A stretch of 64,000 nt of DNA from an uncultured Gemmatimonadaceae bacterium (GCA_963781585.1 CAWAGQ010000007.1:256001-320000); one strand, 5' to 3'. Shown: positions 20,210 through 29,185, counted from the stretch's first letter. Notes: generated by a model from the sequence alone, not told the origin. Made by a program: numbers and translations.

Positions 20210-20225
20210 AGCAACTGACATGCCG
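20210..20225 (-). promoter_or_regulatory. Sigma54 -24/-12 promoter
   Basis: CGGCATG-TCAG-TTGCT with exact GG-N10-GC spacing, about 25 nt upstream of the riboswitch. Confidence 0.65.
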
Positions 20226-20450
20226 TTCGAGCTGGTAGCGGTGCCTATCCCAGTGATGCGGAACGGCGTTGGTCGGCCGCTCATCCCAATCCGCGCAGGG
20301 CGCTTCGCGTGTCCCTTGTCGCCTGTTCGCCGCGGCGGTTGCAGCCACGGCGGGCGGTCGCCGTGCGGACATGGCCCAGCCTCAACGGTGATGGCGGTCA
20401 AATTACTTCGGAACCGGGCGAGTCATGACGGCTGTGCCCGGATGAGCGCA

Positions 20451-20488
20451 GGGAAAGAACAGGGGCCCGGTTTCCCGGGCCCCTGTTC
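20451..20488 (-). terminator. Intrinsic terminator
   Basis: GAACAGGGGCCCGG-TTTC-CCGGGCCCCTGTTC, homologous to the 19083-19110 hairpin. Confidence 0.8.
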
Positions 20489-20516
20489 CTTCCCTGCGGT
20501 GCCGCCGCGCGGACGA

Positions 20517-21413
20517 TCAGTCGTCGCCGCAGTGCGGAAAGCCCGCGAATTTCCCGGAGTTGAAGTTGTCCAAGGCAGTGATCAGGCTGCTGATGCCGGT
20601 CTGGGTCAGGTTCGTCGTGATCGCCTTGCCGCCGCTGATGAAAATGTGTGCGTTGGCGGAGTTGATGGCAGTTTGCACGGACGCCGGCCCCGATGTGCCG
20701 CCGTTCAGGATCGCGCTGATCAACTGCTGCACGAGGTTGAGCAGGTCATTGCTGCTGAACGTGATGCCACCGGGCTTGCCGGGTGTGGCGTTCAGGATCG
20801 CCTGTGCCTGCGCAGCAGTGAGGCTCGCGTTGCCGACGAGAATCGTGGTCGGGATGAGCGCGGCGGTAGCCGTAGCATGATTCCGGTAATAGCCCTTCGT
20901 GAAGGTGCAGCTGCTAGCCGGTGGGGTGTAGGTATTGGTGAACGTCACGATGCTGCCGCCATCGTTACCGAATCGAACAGCCGAAGCGGTTGCCGCGTTT
21001 TTGTCGACCGTTCCCGGTTCGCTAGTGCTTGTGGCGACGACGATATCCGTCAGCCCCCAACCCTGTGGAGGCGTCTGCTCAGTGATCGTGGCGTGGAAGA
21101 CGTCGCTCCCATTGACATCGGTACTGGCCACCAGATTGCACTCGCCGCTGTTCACATGCACAGTCGTCGGGCCGGAGACCACTCCGTTCTCGTCTGTGAT
21201 GGTGAGGCTGAAGTCGAACTGCACACCGTTCGCCCCGTTGACCGCAACTTTGCACACGGTTAGTTCACCGTCTTTAGGGGCGGTGGCGGACAATCCGCCA
21301 GACCTGAGGGAGGCGGCCGTACTGCGCGCGGCAGTGGGTGGTTCGGCGCAGGCAGCGAGTGCCACCACTGCGCCGAATGCGAGAAACGTGTGTAGCCCGC
21401 TCTTGGTCAACAT
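20517..21413 (-). CDS. Uncharacterised Thr/Gly/Asn-rich lipoprotein, paralog B
   Basis: Lipobox LAAC; same architecture as 19138-20049 with a near-identical C-terminal domain; RBS GGAGG. Confidence 0.85.
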   Translation of the reverse strand: MLTKSGLHTFLAFGAVVALAACAEPPTAARSTAASLRSGGLSATAPKDGELTVCKVAVNGANGVQFDFSLTITDENGVVSGPTTVHVNSGECNLVASTDVNGSDVFHATITEQTPPQGWGLTDIVVATSTSEPGTVDKNAATASAVRFGNDGGSIVTFTNTYTPPASSCTFTKGYYRNHATATAALIPTTILVGNASLTAAQAQAILNATPGKPGGITFSSNDLLNLVQQLISAILNGGTSGPASVQTAINSANAHIFISGGKAITTNLTQTGISSLITALDNFNSGKFAGFPHCGDD

Positions 21414-21469
21414 GTGCGTCTTCCTCCGATGTATGTGGGCACTCGCCACCCAACCAGCCTGGTCGGGCC

Positions 21470-21553
21470 CCTCTTCGGCAGCGGGACGGTCTCACCCGGA
21501 GATTCCACGCTTTGCGCACCGACCTCGCGGCCGGCTGGCCTTTCTCGGAAGGG
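21470..21553 (-). ncRNA. c-di-GMP-I (GEMM)-like riboswitch, copy B
   Basis: CGAGAAAGGCCAG-CCGGCC-GCGA-GGUCGG-UGCGCAAAGC-GUGGAAUCUC...GAGAC...CCGCUGCCGAAG; GNRA tetraloop; 5' UTR position. Confidence 0.82.
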
Positions 21554-21849
21554 AAGAATCGATTCGCTATTGCGACAACAGCACGCATGCGCTCGCTATG
21601 AGCGCGGCGGAAGTTAGCGTACACTAATCTGAATTGCAATCTGCAAGTCCAAGCACCCCAAATACTTCGGAACCGCGACGACTGACCAGGCTGCTTCGAT
21701 GGGGCGCGTCTGGCGGCTTGTCCTGCGGTCTCACCGCTCGCAGTGAGGTGGTTTGTCGCGGCGATTGCCGCGGCCACGCAACGCCGATCAGGGCCTCTCA
21801 GTCAGTCGCGAGATCGCAGGGATCCCCTCCGTGAGATCGCGACCGCGGT

Positions 21850-21923
21850 GCCGTCAGGCGGGCTGGTCCGGCGCGCCGTTAGGCCGGTCGGTCACGGCGC
21901 CGTCAGGCCGGTCTGTCCGCCGC
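21850..21923. repeat. Three imperfect 24-25 bp tandem repeats
   Basis: GCCGTYAGGC.GG...GTC units starting at 21850, 21875 and 21899. Confidence 0.55.
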
Positions 21924-22067
21924 GCCACCGGGTCGGGTCGCCCGGCTCCCTCGGCGGTGGTCAGCGCCTCTGGAAGGGGCCAGTTTCGCGCGGCAGTATT
22001 CCACCATCCGCGCGATGATGCCGATGGCGCTCTTGTGGCCGGATTCCCGCCGCGGCTGCCCGCTGCG

Positions 22068-23198
22068 CTATCGGGCCGGTCGCTCGCGGAACACGAATCG
22101 GCTCAAGAAGGCCTGGGCGAAGGGCGACGTTTCAATCGCCGCAGTGTCCAGCGGGTTGTTCCACCACACGCCCTCGCCATTGGCGAGCAGAATGAGGGTG
22201 ACGTGCCGATCGGGCACCTTGAGGAACATCGCCGAGAAGCCGGCCTCCTCATCCCAGGCTGAGTGCCAGAGGAGCCGCTGGCCGCGATACTGCTGGACGA
22301 ACCAGCCGAATGCGTAGGGGAGCGGGGACCCGTCCGGCGCCGTCGCCGGGGTGAAGAGCTTGCGCATGACGGCCGGCGTGCCGAGTCGGCCGTCGTCGAG
22401 GGCGATGTCGAAGCGGGCCAGGTCTTCGACGGTGGAGACGACGCCCGCCCCGCCCTTGAGGGAGCGCTCGGGGCGCACGCGAGCGACGAACGCGTCGTGC
22501 TCCACGCCATATCCCTGCGCCATGTCGAAGAAGACGTCCATCTTCTCGCGTTGCCACTGGCTCGACATGGTGCGCCGCATGCCCGCCGGCGTGAGGATGT
22601 GCGTCTCGACGAGCTGTGCCATCGTGTTCTGGCGTCCCTCCACGTCGCGCACCGAGTGTCCGAACACGTGCTCCAGGTAGCGCGACAGGCGCGAATACAT
22701 CAGCGGGTTGTAGCGAAACCGGGTTCCGGGCTCGCCGTTCACCGTATGGTGCAGGATGTCGCGGATCGTGATGGGCCGATCGCACCGGAGATCGCGGCCG
22801 AAGATGCTGCTCGAAGCCGCCAGGTCGACGCAGAAGGCCCGCTCGTCAGGCACGTCCTGGATGCGATCGTCGAGGTCGACTTTCCCTTCCGCCTCGAGTT
22901 GCAGAAAGAGCAATCCGATGAACGTCTTCGTCAGCGACGCAATCCAGAATGGCGTGTCGGGCGTAACGGGGACCTGGTCACCGACGTCGGCAAATCCGTA
23001 GCCTCTTGCCCAGGCCAGTCGGCCGTCACGAACCACCGCGGCGGCCAGGCCCGGCAGGTGGTGCGTCGCGCGGAGCGAGTCCAGGTCCCGGTCGAACGCG
23101 GCGAACTCGGCGTCAGGCGCGGCGGTCTGGGCGGGCAGCGCGGAGGCTGACGCGGAGCACAGGACGGCCGGGACCAGCAGGACCATGGCAAGGCGCAT
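22068..23198 (-). CDS. Secreted serine hydrolase, beta-lactamase class C/AmpC-like family
   Basis: Signal peptide, IASLTK (SxxK), FRYNP, YAFGWF, WHSAW. Confidence 0.88.
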   Translation of the reverse strand: MRLAMVLLVPAVLCSASASALPAQTAAPDAEFAAFDRDLDSLRATHHLPGLAAAVVRDGRLAWARGYGFADVGDQVPVTPDTPFWIASLTKTFIGLLFLQLEAEGKVDLDDRIQDVPDERAFCVDLAASSSIFGRDLRCDRPITIRDILHHTVNGEPGTRFRYNPLMYSRLSRYLEHVFGHSVRDVEGRQNTMAQLVETHILTPAGMRRTMSSQWQREKMDVFFDMAQGYGVEHDAFVARVRPERSLKGGAGVVSTVEDLARFDIALDDGRLGTPAVMRKLFTPATAPDGSPLPYAFGWFVQQYRGQRLLWHSAWDEEAGFSAMFLKVPDRHVTLILLANGEGVWWNNPLDTAAIETSPFAQAFLSRFVFRERPAR

Positions 23199-23264
23199 CG
23201 GAACCTCGGTCGCCGGTGAGATCAGGGGGCGCCTTCGCAAGTTGGACCGGGCGGTCCGATGGCG

Positions 23265-24047
23265 TCAACCGGCGCCTCCCCATTCCTCGATGATCCTTCC
23301 CAGATCGACGCCGGGCGCGATCAGGCACACGTGTCCATGCCCTTCGAGAATCCGCAGTGACGCGCCCGGCACCCGGCCCGCCATGAACCTGGCCTGGCCC
23401 ACCGACGGCACGAGATGGTCGCGGTCGGCGGCGAGAAAGAGCGCCGGGACGCGAATGTCCGCCAGCCGATCACGCAGGTCGTACTCGGTCAGCATCCGCA
23501 GACGGTCCAGGTATCCTCGACGCGTCGTTAGGCGCGTTTCGGCCAGGAAGCGCCGGATCTCGAGGCGGTGCGTGTGCGGCGAGTGCATGCGGAAGGCCGT
23601 GAGCCGGCGCACCAGCGCCATCGCCCCCCACGGCATCATCCGGATTCCCGCGCGCGCCAGGTGCAGCCGCGCCTGCGGCAGAAACCGCGCGAAGGAATTG
23701 AGCACCACGATGCCCCGCAGGCGCCGGGGATGGGCCAGCGCGTAGCTCAGGGTCAGCGTGCCGCCGAACGATTCGCCCACGAGTACGGCGCGTTGGTCGT
23801 CGGCCGTCACCGCGCGCACGACGCGGTCCAGGTCCCCGACCAGCGCCTCCATGTGCGGCGCATCGTCGCGCAGCGCGTAGGTTACCACGCGAAAGCGGGG
23901 CGCGAGCAGTGGGACCTGGCGATAGAACAGGCGTCCGGTGCCGTCCATGCCCGGCACGTACACCAGCGGCGGACCGGTGCCCGCGATCTGCATCCCGGCG
24001 GGCGATGCCTGACTGGCGCCGCGGCTCGTGGAGGGCAATTCTTGCAT
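23265..24047 (-). CDS. Alpha/beta fold hydrolase
   Basis: PGMDG oxyanion loop, GESFGG, DRDHLV, GHGH; start is 24047 or 23993. Confidence 0.85.
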   Translation of the reverse strand: MQELPSTSRGASQASPAGMQIAGTGPPLVYVPGMDGTGRLFYRQVPLLAPRFRVVTYALRDDAPHMEALVGDLDRVVRAVTADDQRAVLVGESFGGTLTLSYALAHPRRLRGIVVLNSFARFLPQARLHLARAGIRMMPWGAMALVRRLTAFRMHSPHTHRLEIRRFLAETRLTTRRGYLDRLRMLTEYDLRDRLADIRVPALFLAADRDHLVPSVGQARFMAGRVPGASLRILEGHGHVCLIAPGVDLGRIIEEWGGAG

Positions 24048-24051
24048 CACC

Positions 24052-24843
24052 ATGAAAGATATCGGCCGGACAATTCGGGTTGCCTGGGCGGTGGCGTCGT
24101 TCTTCGTGGTGCAGAGCGTGGTGTTCGGTCTGGCGGTCCTGCCCGGAGCCCTGTTCTGGCAGTGGCACCTGCAGTGGAGGCTGCCGTTTCTGTGGATGCG
24201 CATCGTCGTGCTGGCGATGGCGGTCATCCCCGCGTACCTGGTGTTCGCCCTGACCTTGATGGCGCTGTCGGCGTTGTCGATGCGCCTGTTCGGCTGGCGC
24301 ACCCCGCTCGACGCCGAGATGCGCATCGACGCTCTCGACTGGGCCCTGCTCGACTGGGCGCGCTATATGGTCGCCACCCAGATCGTCCGGGTGCTCGTCG
24401 GATCCCCATTCCGGGCCAGTCCGCTCTGGACCCTGTATCTCCGGCTCAATGGAGCGCGAATCGGACGGGGGGTGTATGTCAACACGGTGTCGATCGCCGA
24501 TCACAATCTGATCAAGATCGGCGATCACACCGTGGTCGGGGCGGGGGTCCACATGTCCGGGCACACCGTGGAAGGTGGTGTGGTGAAGACCGCCCGCCTA
24601 ACGATCGGGCGCGACGTGACCCTGGGAGTGGACGCGGTGGTCGGACTCGGCGTGGCGATCGGCGACCGCTGCCAGGTCGGCGCCATCACGTTCATCCCGA
24701 AATTCGCGCGGCTGCCGGCCGGAAAGACTTACGTCGGCATTCCCGCGCATCCGGTGGAAACGTCGGACCACGAGCCGGCCGCCTTGCAGTCGGGCGCGCA
24801 GGGGAGCGGCCCCCACTCAGGCGACCGGTCGGGCGTTGCCTGA
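24052..24843 (+). CDS. Membrane-bound hexapeptide-repeat (LbH) acyltransferase-like protein
   Basis: Two TM helices, YLRLNGARIGRGV, IGDHTVVG, IGRDVTLG, IGDRCQVG, YVGIPA. Confidence 0.8.
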   Translation: MKDIGRTIRVAWAVASFFVVQSVVFGLAVLPGALFWQWHLQWRLPFLWMRIVVLAMAVIPAYLVFALTLMALSALSMRLFGWRTPLDAEMRIDALDWALLDWARYMVATQIVRVLVGSPFRASPLWTLYLRLNGARIGRGVYVNTVSIADHNLIKIGDHTVVGAGVHMSGHTVEGGVVKTARLTIGRDVTLGVDAVVGLGVAIGDRCQVGAITFIPKFARLPAGKTYVGIPAHPVETSDHEPAALQSGAQGSGPHSGDRSGVA

Positions 24844-24936
24844 CACGGCGGTACCGGCTCACGGACAGACCTGACAATCGACGGCTCGTAGACATGTGAG
24901 CGACAGGGCGGATGACCGCCCGGGAAGGAGGCGACC

Positions 24937-26266
24937 ATGACTACCGCACTCGACACCGCGCCCAGCCCAACGCACGCGGATCCACAGCCGACCACGCACG
25001 AATTCGGGAATCCGGCGCTTCGGGGCCCGATCGTGCTCGCGATCCACGGCGGCGAGATCTCACATGCCCCGATCATTGCCGCACGGCTCGTCGCGCAACG
25101 GCTGAAACGCGCGGTGCATGCAGTCACCGTGATCGAACCGGTGACCGTCTACGGTGGCGTGATGGACATCGTGCCGGCCACCGAGTTGATGTCGCCCTAC
25201 TTCGCGGACGTGCAGGAGGAAGGCGTGAAGCGCCATCTGCGCGAGATCTTCGGCGGCGACGACGGCTGGACGCTCGAGACGCGATTCGGACTCGCGGCCC
25301 GCGAGATCACGCAGGCGGCACGCGACGCCGACGCCACCATGGTGATCGTGGATGCGGCTCCCCGGCGGGCGCTGCGACACTCGGTGTCCGGAATTCGAGC
25401 CCTCCAGGTAGTTCGCGGACTACCCTGTCCGGTCGTATCGGTGACGTCCGATTTCGCCGCGCTGCCGCGCCAGATCGTCGCGGCGGTCGACTTCAGCCCG
25501 GCGAGCATTCGCGCCGTACAGACTGCGATGCTGTTCGCCGGCCAGCACGCCACGATTTCGCTCGTGCACGACCCGTTCCCGATCCACCTCAGGAACAAGC
25601 TCACTGATCGCACCGGTGCGGTGATCGGCGGGGAGGTGGAGGAACTGTTCCACCGTCTGCTCGCCGAGCTGCGCGGCTATGCTCCACCGACGGTCCGCCT
25701 GACGACGGAGGTCCTCGAGGGGCGCGTCGCGCCGGAGGTTCTGCGTGTGGCAGACGCGGTGGGCGCCGACCTGATCGTCGCCGGAACCCACGGTCCCAAT
25801 CCCGCCGAGCGACTGTTCGTGGGCAGCGTTGCCGCGGGGCTGCTCCATCTTGCTCACTGTACGGTGCTCGTTTCGCCGACCCCTCCGGCGGGCGAATTCA
25901 TCCGCCTGGAAGCGCGCATGAGCGACACGGCGGTGACGGTGAATCGCGCCGAATGGAAGGACGTACTCGAAGAGCGTGAGCCGACGGAATGCCGGTCGTC
26001 GCGTCTCCATCGAGGTGGATGATCCGGCCTTCGGGGCCCAGGTGGAGGCGCAGGGATACGTGCTGCACGGGGTGGACTACGACCCGAAGGACGAGCGCGT
26101 GGATATCATGCTCGGTGCCCCCGGTCGCCCCGGTGCGCACCTGACCCGGACCATTGCTCAGGCGGAAACGCTCGCCGTCAATACCACGCCGGAGGGCGCG
26201 GACCGAGCGATCGCAATCGGACACAATCACGGTCACACGCTGGTTCTGTTCGAATGGAGGCCATGA
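24937..26266 (+). CDS. Universal stress protein (tandem USP domains) with extra C-terminal domain; frameshift near 25975
   Basis: VDFSPAS, ADLIVAGTHG, FVGSVA; reading continues in the 25976-26266 frame (SRRNAGRRVSIEVDD...GVDYD). Confidence 0.85.
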
Positions 26267-26279
26267 GGAGCAGGCGATA

Positions 26280-26419
26280 GGCCAAGGGCCAGAGGCCAAA
26301 GGCCAGAGGTCAAAGGCCAGAGGTCAAAGGCCAGAGGTCAAAGGCCAGAGGTCAAAGGCCAGAGGCCAAAGGCCAAAGGTCAAAGGTCAAAGGCCAAAGG
26401 CCAAAGATCGAAGGCCTGA
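26280..26419. repeat. Heptamer tandem repeat GGYCARA, about 20 units
   Basis: 18 good units (GGCCAGA/GGTCAAA/GGCCAAA) at 26280-26405 plus 2 degenerate units. Confidence 0.97.
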
Positions 26420-26438
26420 GGAAACCCGAGGTCGGGGG

Positions 26439-29108
26439 TCAGCGTCCGCGCATCACCTTCCACAGCTGACCCAGCGCTGCCGGCACGGCGCTGAGCCCGA
26501 CGATCAGGATCCAGTCGGCGACGTCGAGACGTGCGACGCCAAGCAGGCGCGCCAGCCACGGCAGCCCGGCCGCCGCGACCTGCAGCCCGATCCCGATCGC
26601 GAGCGCACCTAACGCGAATGGATTGGACGTGGCCCGCCGTCGCGACAGCACCGCGCCACGCCCGCGCGCATTCCCGAGGTGGAAGAGCTGCGACAGGGCC
26701 AGCGTCATGAAACACAGGGTGGACGCGTAGCGCGCGTCGTCCGGACGCGCGTACCGGCCCCACGCGAGCGCCGCCAGCGCGGTGCCGCCGATCAACACCG
26801 CATAGGACAATGTGAGCCACACCAGTGGCCGCGACATGATCTGGCCGCGGGGGTCTCTCGGAGCTCGGCGCATCACGTCGCCTTCGGCCGGCTCGAACGC
26901 CAGCGCCAGCGCCGGAAACGTATCGGTCACCAGGTTGAGCCAGAGCAGCTGCAGAGGAAGCAGCGGGAGGGGGAGACCAGCCATCCCGGCGGTGAACAGC
27001 ACCAGCAGTTCCCCCGCGTTGCAGCTGAACAGGTAGAAGACGAAGCGCCGGATGTTCTCGAAGATCACGCGCCCCTCTTCGACCGCGGCCGCGACGGTCT
27101 CGAACCGGTCGTCGGCGAGCACCAGGTCGGCGGCCTCCCGCGCAAAGTCGGTGCCGCGCCGACCCAGCGCGACGCCGATGTCGGCTTTCCGCAGGGCCGG
27201 CGCATCGTTCACGCCGTCGCCCAGCATGGCCACGATCTCGCCGCGTCGGCGCAGCGCGTCGACCACGCGGAGTTTCGTTTCGGGAGTCACGCGGCTCGCC
27301 ACCGCCAGATGTGCCACGCGGCCAATGAGGTCCGCCACCGACAGGCGGTCCAGCTGGGCTCCCGCGATCAACTCGCCGCCGTCGCTTGCGAGCGACAGCT
27401 CGCGTGCCACCGCGGCGGCCGTGGGGAGCTGATCGCCGGTAAGCATGATGATGCGGATTCCGGCGTCGCGCAGGCGCCCCACGGTCTGCTTGACACCCGG
27501 CGCAGGGGGATCCATCAGCCCCACGAATCCCACGAACGAGAGACCCTGGAGGCCCGACTCGTCAGGCGACGTTACTTCCCCGGTCGCCAGCGCGAGCACG
27601 CGCAGGCCGTTTCCCGCGAGGCGTTCATTCTCCTCCTCGAGCTGCCGCCGGGCCGCCGCGTCGAGCGGCACGTCGCCGTCCGCCGTGACCACCCGGTCGC
27701 ACAGATCGATCACGCGTGACGCTGCGCCCTTGACGAATACCGCGTTGGTGCCGTCCGGCCGTCGCCGGAAAGCCGCCGAGAGCATCCGCGCGCTGCTGAA
27801 CGGAAGCAGGCTCACTTGCGGCTCCTGGTGCTCGAGCGCCACCGGGTCGATCCCAATCCGACGCGTCGCGGCGAGCACCGCCTGCTCCTCCGGGTCGATG
27901 CGGGAGTCGGCGCCCTTCGACGCACCGGCGATTGTGCAGGAGAGCGCGGCAACGCGGAGGGCGGCCACCAGCGGATCGCTCGGCTGCGGTGGTGGCGGAA
28001 CGGCCTCCGGGTCGTCGGCCCGCGGTTCCTCTCCTCGCGGCAGTGTCCATTCGCCCTCGAGGCTCCAGACCGTCGTCACCGCCATCTCTCCCGCTGTGAG
28101 CGTCCCGGTCTTGTCGGTGCAGATCACCGTCGTGGAGCCCAGCGTCTCCACCGAGGGCAGATGCCTGACGAGTGCCTGGCGGCGCGCCATGCGACGGACG
28201 CCGATGGCCATGGCAACGGTCACGACGACGGGAAGTCCTTCCGGCACCGCGGCCACGGCCACCGCGATGGACGTCTCGAGGAGGAGCGCGAGCGACGCAC
28301 CCGAGCGCAGATCGACAACCGCCAGCAGCGCGGCGAGCCCGAGCGCTACCACGGCGAGCCGGCGGCCGAGGGTGTCGAGCCGCCGTTCGAGCGGCGTGCG
28401 CTCGTCTCCGGTCTCGCTGACCAGGCGCTGGATGCGCCCCAGCTCGGTCAACATGCCGGTCGCCACCACCACCCCTCGCGCATGTCCGCCGGTGATCGTT
28501 GTCCCCTGAAAGACCATGTTCACCCGGTCGGGCAGGGCGACGCGCTCGTCGAGAATCACCGTCGCCGTCTTCGCGACCGGGAGTGATTCGCCGGTTAGGG
28601 CGGCTTCCATCGCCTCGCCCTCAGTGGCCGTCACCAGCCGCGCGTCGGCGGGAACGCGAGCACCAGCCGACAGCACGATGATGTCACCGGGGACCAGCAA
28701 TGCCGCGTCGACGACTCGCACGGCGCCGTCGCGCACCACCTGCGCTCCCGGTACCACAAGCGAGCGCAGCGCCTCCATCGCCCTCCGCCCGCGCAGTTCC
28801 ACCACGAAGCCGAGCGCCACATTGATCGCGAGCACGGCGATGATGGCGATCGCGTCAGCATCGGCGTCGGTGCCGGCGGCGATCGCCGCGGCGGCCACCA
28901 GCAGGAGGACGATGACGCTCCGGAACTGGGCGACGAAGATGCGCCACGCCGGGGTCGGCGGCAGGCGGCGCAGTTCGTTGGCGCCGTATCGAGCGAGGCG
29001 GCTCCGGGACTCCTCGCTCGTAAGCCCGTCGGCGCTGGAGGCAAGACGAGCGAGCACGTCGTCCGCGGGCAGCGCGTGCCAGGGAGGGGCTGGTGCGGCG
29101 GTCCGCAT
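26439..29108 (-). CDS. Cation-transporting P-type ATPase, type IIA (Ca2+/CtpF-like)
   Basis: TGES, PEGLP, DKTGTLT, KGA, MLTGD, GDGVNDAPAL, LWLNLVTD. Confidence 0.95.
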   Translation of the reverse strand: MRTAAPAPPWHALPADDVLARLASSADGLTSEESRSRLARYGANELRRLPPTPAWRIFVAQFRSVIVLLLVAAAAIAAGTDADADAIAIIAVLAINVALGFVVELRGRRAMEALRSLVVPGAQVVRDGAVRVVDAALLVPGDIIVLSAGARVPADARLVTATEGEAMEAALTGESLPVAKTATVILDERVALPDRVNMVFQGTTITGGHARGVVVATGMLTELGRIQRLVSETGDERTPLERRLDTLGRRLAVVALGLAALLAVVDLRSGASLALLLETSIAVAVAAVPEGLPVVVTVAMAIGVRRMARRQALVRHLPSVETLGSTTVICTDKTGTLTAGEMAVTTVWSLEGEWTLPRGEEPRADDPEAVPPPPQPSDPLVAALRVAALSCTIAGASKGADSRIDPEEQAVLAATRRIGIDPVALEHQEPQVSLLPFSSARMLSAAFRRRPDGTNAVFVKGAASRVIDLCDRVVTADGDVPLDAAARRQLEEENERLAGNGLRVLALATGEVTSPDESGLQGLSFVGFVGLMDPPAPGVKQTVGRLRDAGIRIIMLTGDQLPTAAAVARELSLASDGGELIAGAQLDRLSVADLIGRVAHLAVASRVTPETKLRVVDALRRRGEIVAMLGDGVNDAPALRKADIGVALGRRGTDFAREAADLVLADDRFETVAAAVEEGRVIFENIRRFVFYLFSCNAGELLVLFTAGMAGLPLPLLPLQLLWLNLVTDTFPALALAFEPAEGDVMRRAPRDPRGQIMSRPLVWLTLSYAVLIGGTALAALAWGRYARPDDARYASTLCFMTLALSQLFHLGNARGRGAVLSRRRATSNPFALGALAIGIGLQVAAAGLPWLARLLGVARLDVADWILIVGLSAVPAALGQLWKVMRGR

Positions 29109-29185
29109 GAATGATCAGATCTCCACGATCATCGGCGTGATGCAGCCGGCCCCGCAGTATCCGTTCAACGGTGGAGCGGGTGCGG

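Noticed and set aside
21555..21600. Sigma54 promoter for riboswitch cassette B
   Set aside because: No GG-N10-GC element with acceptable consensus found.
21850..21923. Mini-CRISPR
   Set aside because: Units are contiguous and degenerate, with no unique spacers.
22068..23198. Bona fide antibiotic-resistance beta-lactamase (likewise tetA at 33420-34604 and vanY at 48423-49133)
   Set aside because: Only family-level motifs; no resistance-cluster context or close identity can be established from sequence alone.
26280..26419. CRISPR array, or the repeat-encoded ORF 26154-26612
   Set aside because: 7-bp units without spacers and no cas genes; the QRPKVKG peptide is only the translation of the repeat.
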